NCBI GenBank assembly: GCA_963837715.1 | Contig: CAWIOF010000004.1 | Coordinates: forward strand, 1,222,552 to 1,286,551 | Origin: an uncultured Actinomycetes bacterium | GTDB taxonomy: Bacteria; Actinomycetota; Acidimicrobiia; IMCC26256; JANYLB01 | Reading direction: 5' to 3' | DNA length: 64,000 nucleotides | In this document: positions 27,762 to 36,319 of the stretch, piece by piece | Layout: each line of letters begins with the position of its first letter | Numbering within the stretch: position 1 is the stretch's first letter | Translations under genes and position numbers: made by a program | The notes under the pieces: generated by a model | What the model saw: only the letters and a program-made list of their open reading frames with translations | The model's database searches: none | What the model was told of the DNA's origin: nothing

Positions 27762-28601
27762 TTGAGGCCGGTCGACCCGGATAGGTTCACCACCGTGACG
27801 CAATCCGAAGGGACCGGACCCCGACCCGGCGATCCGCTCGATCTGACCGGTCGCGTCGCCCTGGTGACGGGCGGTACCCGTGGCGTCGGGCTCGGCATCA
27901 CCGTGGGCCTGCTCGCGGCGGGTGCGGAGGTGGTGGTGTGCGGCCGCACCCCACCTGAGGACCCGATCACCGGTGGGCCCCGTACCGCGGTGTTCGTGAC
28001 TGCCGACGTGCGCGACGCCGAACAGGTCGGTGCGCTGTTCGCCGAGATCACCTCTCGATTCGGCCGCCTCGACGTCGCGGTGAACAACGCGGGTGGCAGT
28101 CCGGTGGCCGACGCCGCCACCGCGTCGCCGCGATTCTCGGCCGCGATCGTCGGGCTCAACCTCTTGGCGCCGCTCCAGGTCGCGCAGGCGGCGAACGCGG
28201 TGATGCAGACCCAGGCCGACGGTGGTTCGATCATCAACATCACGTCGGTGAGCGGCACGCGTCCGTCGCCGGGCACCGCGGCCTACGGCGCGGCGAAGGC
28301 AGGCTTGATCAACCTCACCGAGAGCCTTGCGGCAGAGTGGGCGCCGAAGGTGCGGGTCAACGCGGTCTGCGGGGGCGCGGTCGCCACCGAGAACCTGCAC
28401 AAGGGTCACGGCGGCGACCCCTACATCGAGTCGATCGAGGCGACGGTCCCGATGGGTCGGCTCGCCGATGTCGCCGACATCGCGAACGCATGCCTGTTCC
28501 TCGCGTCGCCGTTGGCGTCGTACGTCTCGGGCTCGAACCTGTTCGTGCACGGTGGCGGCGAGGTCCCGCCGTTCCTCCTCCTCGACCACGAACGGACGTA
28601 G
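27762..28601 (+). CDS. SDR-family oxidoreductase
   Basis: VALVTGGTRGVG cofactor motif, NNAG, and YGAAK catalytic Tyr/Lys. Start is TTG 27762 or GTG 27795. Confidence 0.85.
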   Translation: MRPVDPDRFTTVTQSEGTGPRPGDPLDLTGRVALVTGGTRGVGLGITVGLLAAGAEVVVCGRTPPEDPITGGPRTAVFVTADVRDAEQVGALFAEITSRFGRLDVAVNNAGGSPVADAATASPRFSAAIVGLNLLAPLQVAQAANAVMQTQADGGSIINITSVSGTRPSPGTAAYGAAKAGLINLTESLAAEWAPKVRVNAVCGGAVATENLHKGHGGDPYIESIEATVPMGRLADVADIANACLFLASPLASYVSGSNLFVHGGGEVPPFLLLDHERT

Positions 28602-28607
28602 GGCGCC

Positions 28608-29153
28608 ATGGCTGTACAGGGAGCGATCGTCGGGCCGATTCCCGAGGGACAGGAGCCGGAGGAGTACGACAAGCTCCGTCGGCGCGTGCTGTGGACGATG
28701 CCCTACGGCCTCTACGTGCTCGGGAGCACCGACGCGGCCGACCGCCGCAACGGCATGACGATCAACTTCGTCACCCAGCTCAGCTTCGACCCGAAGTGGA
28801 TCGGCGTCGGAGTGGAGCGCAGCGCGTTCACCCACGAGCTGATCGAGGCGGGCGGGTGCTTCAGCCTGTGCATGATCGACCGGGAGGACCGCGCCATCGT
28901 GCGGAAGTTCACGAAGCCGGTCGAGGTGGATCTCGTCGCGCACACGTTGAACGGATTCCCGTACGTCGAGCGCGTCACCGGCGCGCCGATCCTCGCCCAG
29001 TCGGTCGCGTACCTCGACTGCGAGGTCAGGGACACGATGACGGTGGGGGACCAGACGCTGTTCGCCGGCGAGGTGGTCGACGCCGGCTTCCTCAAGCCCG
29101 AGGACACGCCGGTCCTGCGCATGGAAGACACCCGCATGAACTACGGCGGCTGA
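28608..29153 (+). CDS. flavin reductase-like domain protein
   Basis: 181 aa. The GMTINFVTQLSFDPKWIGVGV pattern is typical of the flavin reductase / FMN-binding split-barrel family. Confidence 0.75.
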   Translation: MAVQGAIVGPIPEGQEPEEYDKLRRRVLWTMPYGLYVLGSTDAADRRNGMTINFVTQLSFDPKWIGVGVERSAFTHELIEAGGCFSLCMIDREDRAIVRKFTKPVEVDLVAHTLNGFPYVERVTGAPILAQSVAYLDCEVRDTMTVGDQTLFAGEVVDAGFLKPEDTPVLRMEDTRMNYGG

Positions 29154-29157
29154 CGCT

Positions 29158-29911
29158 CTACCGGACGGTGGCGCCGCCGTCGACGGCGATGACCTGGCCC
29201 GAGAGGTAGCTCGTGTCGTCGCTCAAGAGGGTGGCGATGGTCGCGCCGAGCTCGGCGGCCGCACCGACGCGTCGGAGGGGCACGTCGCGGGTCATGCGTC
29301 CCGGCGAACTCGGGGTCGAGGAACGTCGAACCCATGCCCTCACCCGACGTGGCGCCCGGGCAAACGCAGTTCACCCGCACGCCCATCGGTCCGTACTGCA
29401 CCGCGGCGAGCCGAGTGAGGGCGATGACGCCCCCCTTGCTCGACGTGTAGGCCGCGCCCATGCCGTGACCTCGGAGCCCGGCGGTCGACGCGATCGTGAC
29501 CACGGAGCTGCCGACACCGAGGCGGGGGAGGATCGCCCGGAGGGCGAGGAACGTGCCGCGCAGGTTCACGCTGATCACGCGGTCGAACGTGTCGAGGTCG
29601 GCCTCGCCGATCGCGGTCAGGTCGGCCGGGTCGAAGATCCCGGCGCTCGTCACCGCCCCGTGCAACGTTCCGAACCGCGCCTCTGCGGCGTGTACCGCCG
29701 CGTTCACGTCGGCCTCCTCGGCTACGTCGGCTGCTGCCACCATCGTGCGCGACGGATCGGCCGAGCCCTGGGCCACCGCGGCGGCGCCGGCGGGATCGAG
29801 GTCGACCAGCGCGACGTTCGCGCCCGCTGCGATCAGGTGCAGCGCGGTCGCTCGGCCGATCCCGCTGGCCGCGCCCGTGACGACGAACGCTCGATCGTGG
29901 AAGTCGGCCAT
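29158..29911 (-). pseudogene. SDR-family oxidoreductase, frame-disrupted (or sequencing error)
   Basis: ATG 29911 (MADFHDRAFVVTGAASGIG). YTSSK is in ORF 29141..30121. The conserved tail VPLRRVGAAAELGATIATLLSDDTSYLSGQVIAVDGG is in ORF 29158..29343. There is an extra G in the run at 29300-29302; length is 3n+1. Confidence 0.8.
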
Positions 29912-29937
29912 GCTGGGCTCCTGCAATCGGTGCGGGT

Positions 29938-30540
29938 TCAGGGCTTGACGCGCGGGCGGATCATGAGCCGCGCGGCGGTCTCGAGCTGGCTCCCGGCCGA
30001 CTCCGCGGTCTCGCTCCCCGAGACGAGCCCGATGATGCACGCGAAGCACACCAGCTCGAGCACCTTCACGATCTCGTCGCGGTCGGGCAGCTCGTCGTCG
30101 CCGAGCGCGATGTCGATCCACGCGACGACCATCTCGTGGAAGTCGGTCTGCGCCTCGAGCACCGACGGCTCGACCGCGAGCACCGCGGCGACGATCGCCG
30201 CCGCGAGCTTCGGTCGCGACGCGGCGGTTGCCATCACCATGCGCAAGGCCTCGGCGACGCGTTCGACCGGGTCGGGCCCCGAGGGCGGATGGGCTCCGAG
30301 GGTCTCCGACAGCGCACCGCCCCAGGTGAGCAGGACCTCGGTGAGGAGGTGGTCCTTCGAGGCGAACCAGCGGTAGAGCGTGGCGAGGGCCACGCCCGAC
30401 CGCTCGGCGACCGTCTTCATGACCACTGCGTCGTAGCCGCCGGTCTCGGCGAGCTCCATCGCGGCCGCCACCACGAGGGCCCGGCGTTCGACCTGCTCGT
30501 CGGACAGGGTCCGGCGGACGACCACCGATCGGGTCGTCAT
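29938..30540 (-). CDS. TetR-family transcriptional regulator
   Basis: N-terminal HTH VVMKTVAERSGVALATLYRWFASKDHLL; 200 aa. Confidence 0.9.
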   Translation of the reverse strand: MTTRSVVVRRTLSDEQVERRALVVAAAMELAETGGYDAVVMKTVAERSGVALATLYRWFASKDHLLTEVLLTWGGALSETLGAHPPSGPDPVERVAEALRMVMATAASRPKLAAAIVAAVLAVEPSVLEAQTDFHEMVVAWIDIALGDDELPDRDEIVKVLELVCFACIIGLVSGSETAESAGSQLETAARLMIRPRVKP

Positions 30541-30621
30541 CGGCGCCTCATCGATTCGTCCCGTACACGGCTTGCATCCAGTGTGTCCCCCGTCGACGTC
30601 CCGCCCGGTGGCGCGGAACGT

Positions 30622-30647
30622 GAGAACTCATTCTATAATCAGTTCTC
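30622..30647. promoter_or_regulatory. candidate TetR operator overlapping a TATAAT -10 box
   Basis: Inverted repeat GAGAACT (30622-30628) / AGTTCTC (30641-30647) flanks a 12-nt AT-rich core that contains TATAAT (30634-30639). It sits in the TetR/P450 divergent region. Confidence 0.45.
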
Positions 30648-30682
30648 AACCACTGGAGCCGAGACCCGAAGGGGCACACGGT

Positions 30683-31927
30683 ATGGCAACGACGATGCCG
30701 CGCGGTACTGCCGAACTCGCGGACCTCAACGATCCCGACACCTTCGTGGCCGGGATCCCGCACGAGACCTTCGCCCACTGGCGGGCCAACGATCCGGTCC
30801 ACTGGACCGAGCACCCGACCGACGACCCGTACTGGTCGGTCACGACCTACGACGAGGTCGTGGCCGCGAACCGCGACGCCGAGGTGTTCTCCAGCCAGCG
30901 CGGCGGCGTGTTCATGATGGATCCCGACGAGGAGATGCTCGCCCAGCTCGGTCTCCTCATGCTCACGATGGACCCGCCCCGGCACACCCGGTACCGCCTC
31001 CTCGTCAGCCGCGCCTTCACGCCGAAGCACATCCGCGACCTCGACCTGTTCATCCAGCGCAGCACGCACCGCATCGTCGACGAGGTCATCGAGCGTGGAT
31101 CGGCCGACTTCGTCGTCGACCTCGCCGCGGAGCTCCCGCTCCAGGTGATCGCCGAGATCATCGGCGTCCCCCAGGAGGACCGCCACCTCGTGTTCGACTG
31201 GTCGAACCGGATGATCGGCAGCGAAGACCCCGAGTACGCAGTCGCACCCGACGACGCCGGCAACGCGCAGATCGAGATGTTCACCTACTGCGCGAACCTG
31301 TGCGCGGACCGGCGCAAGAACCCGCGCGACGACATCCTCACCGCGCTCGATCAACGCCGAGGTCGACGGTGACGAGCCTCGACGACCTCGAGCTGAACAC
31401 GTTCTTCATGCTGCTCGCGGTCGCCGGGCAACGAGACCACCCGGAACCTGATCGCGCACGGCATGCACAACCTGTTCGAGAACCCCGACGAGCACCGCAA
31501 GCTCCTCGAGCACCGCGAGCTCATGAAGCCGGGGGTCGAGGAGATGCTCCGCGTCGGTACCCCGGTCCTGCACTTCCGTCGCACCGCGACGCGTGACACG
31601 AAGCTCGGCGACACCGCGATCGCCGAGGGCGACAAGGTCGTGCTCTGGTACGTGAGCGCGAACCGCGACGAGAAGCACTTCGAGTCGCCGATGGAGTTCC
31701 GCATCGACCGCACGCCGAACGAGCACATCGCGTTCGGTGGTCGGGGACCGCACTTCTGCCTGGGCGCCAACCTGGCCCGGTCGGAGATCCGCCACCTGTT
31801 CGACGAGGTGCTCGAGCGCATGCCCGACATCCGCCAGGCCGGTGAGCCCGAACGGCTGCGTTCGAACTTCATCGGCGGGATCAAGCACCTCCCGGTCGAG
31901 TTCACCCCCGGCCGCAAGCACGGCTGA
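30683..31927 (+). pseudogene. cytochrome P450, three clustered frame disruptions (or sequencing errors)
   Basis: ATG 30683. The N-terminal part is in ORF 30572..31372 and the C-terminal part (EEMLR, FGGRGPHFCLGANLAR) in ORF 31463..31927, in the same frame. The 80 nt between carry two in-frame stops. The conserved INAEVDGDE / LDDLELNTFFMLLAVAG / NETT sequence is read only after removing bases near 31349, 31377 and 31426. Confidence 0.85.
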
Positions 31928-32010
31928 GGGAGCCGGGCGCCGCGATCGCGGCGAGCCTACGATCTGACCCATGGCTGACAACGTGGTTCCCGCGGGCACG
32001 AACGCGCGAG

Positions 32011-33000
32011 TTGCCGCTGGTGAAGAAGTGGTTGTGGGTCCTCACGACCACGAACCCGCCGGAGGGTCGCCTCGACCCGGTCTCGAAGTGGTTGTGGCTC
32101 ACCCGGGCCGGGGTGCTCCCGATGACGATCGTCGCGGCCGGCCTCGCGGGGCTGCTCGCGGTGTACCGCGACGCGTCGGTGAACTGGTGGTGGTTCGCGC
32201 TCTCGGCGATCGGCCTCGTGCTCGCGCACATGGCCAACAACCTCATGAACGACCTCTTCGACCTCGAGGTCGGCACCGACACCGCCGACTACCCGCGCAA
32301 CCTCTACTCCCCGCACCCGGTCATCTCCGGTGCCCTCACCCGCAAGCGCCTCGCGGCCTACGCCCTGTCGGTGAACGTGCTCTGCCTGGTGGTGATGATC
32401 ACGCTCACGGTCGCGCGCGGGTGGCCCATCGTCGCGTTCGCGCTCGGGGGCTTCCTCCTCTCTGCGGCGTACACCGCGCCACCGCTGCGGCTGAAGAAGC
32501 ACGGACTCGGAGAGCCGACGGTCCTCATCGTGTGGGGACCACTCATGGTCGGCGGCACGTACTACGCCGCGACGGGCACGATCCCGGGAGCGGTGATCCT
32601 CGCGTCGCTGCCCTACGCGATCCTCTGCACCACCGTGCTGATGGGCAAGCACATCGACAAGGCGGCCTGGGACGGACCCGCAGGCACGCACACACTGCCG
32701 GTGATCCTCGGTGAGCGGGTGGCACGGCAGGTGACCCGCGGGATGTTCGTCGCCTTCTACGGGTTCGTCGTCGCGCTGGTGATCGCCGACATCCTGCCGG
32801 TGTTCACCCTCGCGGTCTTCCTCTCGTTCACGCTGTTCTTCCGCGTCTGGGCGGCGTTCGGGGAGCCGAAGCCCGAGGTGTCGCCGGTTCCGAACCCCGT
32901 GTGGCCGCTGTGGTTCGCGCCCCACGCGTTCCTGCTGACCCGCCGGGCCGGCGGACTCCTGCTCCTCGGCATGGTCGTCGGCGCGATCGTCGGCTTCTGA
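32011..33000 (+). CDS. UbiA-family aromatic/isoprenoid prenyltransferase
   Basis: Nine hydrophobic helices. NNLMNDLFD (NxxxDxxxD) and a second Asp-rich region are present. MenA-like by overall look; the substrate is unknown. Confidence 0.8.
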   Translation: MPLVKKWLWVLTTTNPPEGRLDPVSKWLWLTRAGVLPMTIVAAGLAGLLAVYRDASVNWWWFALSAIGLVLAHMANNLMNDLFDLEVGTDTADYPRNLYSPHPVISGALTRKRLAAYALSVNVLCLVVMITLTVARGWPIVAFALGGFLLSAAYTAPPLRLKKHGLGEPTVLIVWGPLMVGGTYYAATGTIPGAVILASLPYAILCTTVLMGKHIDKAAWDGPAGTHTLPVILGERVARQVTRGMFVAFYGFVVALVIADILPVFTLAVFLSFTLFFRVWAAFGEPKPEVSPVPNPVWPLWFAPHAFLLTRRAGGLLLLGMVVGAIVGF

Positions 33001-33016
33001 GCCCGGGTTCCGAGCC

Positions 33017-33539
33017 GTGCCGGTTCTCGGCCGCTGAGGTCCCCGACGATCTCCTCGTCGGGATCCGTGCGCTCCTCGACGCTGCGTTCGACGGCGAGTT
33101 CACCGACGCCGACTGGGAGCACACGCTCGGCGGTCGTCATGTCGTCGTCGAGGACGACGGTGCCGTCGTCTCGCACGCGGCGGTGATCGCACGTGACATC
33201 GAAGTCGGTGGTCGCCGTTTCCCTGCCGGCTACGTCGAAGGGGTCGCGACAGCTCCGCAGCGGCAGGGGCAGGGGATCGGCTCTGCGGTGATGGCCACGG
33301 TCGCCGCCATCATCCGCGACGAGTTCGCGCTCGGCGTCCTCTCCACGGGTCGGAGCGGCTTCTACCTGCGCCTCGGGTGGGAGCGGTGGAGGGGACCGTC
33401 GTTCGTCCGACGCGGCGCGGAGCTGATCCGAACCGCCGACGACGACGACGGCATCATGGTGCTGCGTTTCGGGGCCAGCGCCGGCATCGACCTGGGCGCG
33501 CCGATCTCCTGCGAAACGCGAACCGGCGACGACTGGTAG
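33017..33539 (+). CDS. aac(2'): aminoglycoside 2'-N-acetyltransferase AAC(2')-I-like GNAT; 5' end uncertain
   Basis: ORF 32901..33539. FTDADWEHTLGG, GYVEGVA and C-terminal CETRTGDDW match mycobacterial AAC(2')-Ic as I recall it. There is no canonical in-frame start between 32901 and the domain. GTG 33017 in the neighbouring frame would fit if one extra base near 33029 is assumed. Confidence 0.7.
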
Positions 33540-33557
33540 CCGGCCGGCAGAAGTCGT

Positions 33558-35828
33558 TCAGCTCCGATCGGCAGGTTCGGGATCGTCGGGCGCATCGTGG
33601 TGCACGTCGTCGCGCGCGTCGTGGAGGTCGAGGATCTTCACCGGTTCGACCTCCCAGATGCCCCACCGGAGGTGCCAACGCCGCACCGCACGCGGCGCCC
33701 ACCAGTTGGCCTTGCCGGCCAGGCGCATGAACGCCGGGACGAGCGTTGCCCGGATGAGGAACGCGTCGACGAGCACCGCGAGGGTCAGGCCGATCCCGAA
33801 CAGCTGCACGACCTGGACCTTCGAGGTGGAGAACGCGATGAAGACGATGGCGAGCAGCAGCGCGGCGGCGGTCACGATGCGGCCGGTGCGTTGGAGGCCG
33901 ATGGCGACCGACTCCTGGTTGTCGCCCGTGAGGTCGTACTCCTCCTTGATGCGGCTCAGCAGGAAGACCTCGTAGTCCATCGACAGGCCGAACGCGATGC
34001 AGAACATGAGGATCGGAGTGAAGACGTCGATCGTGCCGGTGGGGGTGTAGTCGAGGATCCCGGTGAAGCGACCGTCTTGGAAGATCCACACCATCGCGCC
34101 GAAGGTGGCGGTGAGGCTGAGGAAGTTCAGGAGCAGCGCCTTCAAGGGAACCAGGAAGCTCCCGACCATGAGGAACAGCAGGATGAACGTGACGATCGCG
34201 ATCAGGCCGAGCGCGAGCGGGACGCGGCTCGTGACGGCTTCCTTCGTGTCGACGAGCTGGGCGGAGAGTCCCGTGACCGACAGGTCGAGCGGACCCGTCG
34301 TGGCGCGGATGTCGTGGACGACCGCTTCCCCCGCGGGTGAGACCGGTTCGACCGCGGGGACGACGGAGAACCAGGTGGTGTTCGGCGCGGTGTCGCTCAC
34401 GAACCGGGCGGAGAGGTCGTCGGCGGCCAGCACCTTCTGTCCGTCGACGTAGTAGCCGGTGGCGGCGTCGACCCGGGAGACTCCGTCGATCTGCGACAGG
34501 CGGGTCGCGGTGCTGTCGATCCGCTCGTCGGTGAGTCCGCCGACCGGAGCCATCGCGACCACACCCGCCGCGGCCGTCTCCCGGGTGTCGAAGTTGGCCC
34601 GGAGCTCGTCGTTGACGGCGCGCGCCGACACGCTGGGCGGTACGACGCGGTCGTCGGGCAGGCTCACCGCGAGGCGGAGGAAGGGGATCCCGAGCACGAC
34701 GAGCAGGGCGATGATGCCGGTCGCGTAGGGGACGGGATGGTGCATCACCCGCTGGGCCTGGCCGTACCAGAAGCCGTCGTGGTCGGCCTTCTCCTTGCGG
34801 CGCCACAGCCGACCCTTGTCGACCCTGGTGCCGAGCACCGCGAGGAGCGCGGGCAACACGATCACGGCGGCGACTCCGGCGAGCGCGACCACGCTGACGC
34901 CGGCGAACGCGAACGAGCGGAGGTACGGCATCGGGAACACGAGGAGCGCGGCGAGCGACACGGTGACCGTGGCGGCACTGAACGCCACGGTGCGGCCCGC
35001 GGTCAGCATCGTGCGACTCACCGCGGTGGAGGGGGGTGCACCGTCGCGGAGCTCCTCGCGGTAGCGCGACACGATGAAGAGGCTGTAGTCGATCGCGAGT
35101 CCGAGGCCGAGTGCCGTCGTGAGGTTGAGCGAGAAGATCGACACCTGGGTGAAGTGCGCGATCACCGTGAGGGCGAGGAAGCACCCGAGCACGGCGAGCG
35201 CCGCGATCGCGAGCGGGAGCAGCGCCGCAACCAGGCTGCCGAACACGATGACGAGCGCGACGGCCGTGATCGGCGCGGTGAGTGCTTCGGCCTTCTTCAG
35301 GTCTTCCTCGGCCTGCACGGTGATCTGGCGCTGGGTCTCGGCCGCGCCGCCGACGACGCTCGTGAACGTGGGCGTCTCGGTCGTGTAGCGGGGTGCGAGG
35401 TGGCCTGCGGCTTCGACGTACTCGTCTTCGGTCCCGGGGATCTGGGCGGTGATCAGGGCCAGTCGGCCGTTGCGGCTGCGCAGCGGCGGGGGCTTGCCGG
35501 GACTGAAGTAGGAGATCACGTTGTCGAGGTCGGGGTCGGCGTTCATCCGCTCGGTGAGCTTCGTCGCGGCGGCGATGACGGCAGGGTCGTCGACGGTGAC
35601 ACCGCCACGCGGTCGCACGACGACCACGAAGTTGATGGTTCCCTGACCGAAGTCGCGTTCCAGCGCGTCGGCCGCGCGGGCCGATTCCGCGTCGGGACTC
35701 TCCATCCCCCCGACCGACAACTTCTCCGCGACCCCACCACCGACGATCCCGGCGATCGGGATGAAGACCATTGCGGCGATCAGCACCCACCACCGCCTTC
35801 GCACGACAAAGGCTGCGAGGCGGCGCAT
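33558..35828 (-). CDS. mmpL: MMPL-family (RND superfamily) membrane transporter
   Basis: 756 aa with two 6-TM bundles and two periplasmic loops. Typical MMPL N-terminus RRRWWVLIAAMVF and the DYxxFLxSR motif appears twice. Confidence 0.9.
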   Translation of the reverse strand: MRRLAAFVVRRRWWVLIAAMVFIPIAGIVGGGVAEKLSVGGMESPDAESARAADALERDFGQGTINFVVVVRPRGGVTVDDPAVIAAATKLTERMNADPDLDNVISYFSPGKPPPLRSRNGRLALITAQIPGTEDEYVEAAGHLAPRYTTETPTFTSVVGGAAETQRQITVQAEEDLKKAEALTAPITAVALVIVFGSLVAALLPLAIAALAVLGCFLALTVIAHFTQVSIFSLNLTTALGLGLAIDYSLFIVSRYREELRDGAPPSTAVSRTMLTAGRTVAFSAATVTVSLAALLVFPMPYLRSFAFAGVSVVALAGVAAVIVLPALLAVLGTRVDKGRLWRRKEKADHDGFWYGQAQRVMHHPVPYATGIIALLVVLGIPFLRLAVSLPDDRVVPPSVSARAVNDELRANFDTRETAAAGVVAMAPVGGLTDERIDSTATRLSQIDGVSRVDAATGYYVDGQKVLAADDLSARFVSDTAPNTTWFSVVPAVEPVSPAGEAVVHDIRATTGPLDLSVTGLSAQLVDTKEAVTSRVPLALGLIAIVTFILLFLMVGSFLVPLKALLLNFLSLTATFGAMVWIFQDGRFTGILDYTPTGTIDVFTPILMFCIAFGLSMDYEVFLLSRIKEEYDLTGDNQESVAIGLQRTGRIVTAAALLLAIVFIAFSTSKVQVVQLFGIGLTLAVLVDAFLIRATLVPAFMRLAGKANWWAPRAVRRWHLRWGIWEVEPVKILDLHDARDDVHHDAPDDPEPADRS

Positions 35829-35894
35829 CGGCGAACCCTAGGTCGGAGCCGGACAAGTCGGCCAGATGCTGCAGTCGCACGTTAGGGTGACGGC

Positions 35895-36317
35895 GTGGCC
35901 CGACGTTCGGAACTCGTTGACCGGCTCGCTGCCGTCGCGTTGTTCGCTCGCTGCTCGAAGCGGGAGCTGCAGATCGTCGCCCGTCATGCGGAGACGGCGG
36001 AGTTCCCGGCCGGCAAGGAGCTGGTCGTCGAAGGCGAACCGGGCGACGCGTTCTTCATCGTGCTCGAGGGCGAGGTCGTGCTGCGCCGCGGGGGCCGCAA
36101 GGTGGCGACGCTCGGCCCGGGCGACTACTTCGGCGAGCTGGCTCTCCTCGATCCGGCGCCGCGCAGCGCCACGGCCGTCGCCACGACCGAGGTCCGCGTC
36201 GCCGTGTTGGGTGCGCGGATGTTCCGGACGCTCCTGCGCGAGCTCCCGTCGATGAGCGAGCGCCTCCTCTCGGGGCTCGCACGCGCGTTCCGGGAGGCCG
36301 GCGGCACGGCGTTCTGA
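35895..36317 (+). CDS. stand-alone cyclic-nucleotide-binding (CAP_ED) domain protein
   Basis: 140 aa. FGELALLDPAPRSATAVA phosphate-binding cassette. GTG start; the stop is 2 nt before the next gene. Confidence 0.85.
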   Translation: MARRSELVDRLAAVALFARCSKRELQIVARHAETAEFPAGKELVVEGEPGDAFFIVLEGEVVLRRGGRKVATLGPGDYFGELALLDPAPRSATAVATTEVRVAVLGARMFRTLLRELPSMSERLLSGLARAFREAGGTAF

Positions 36318-36319
36318 CC

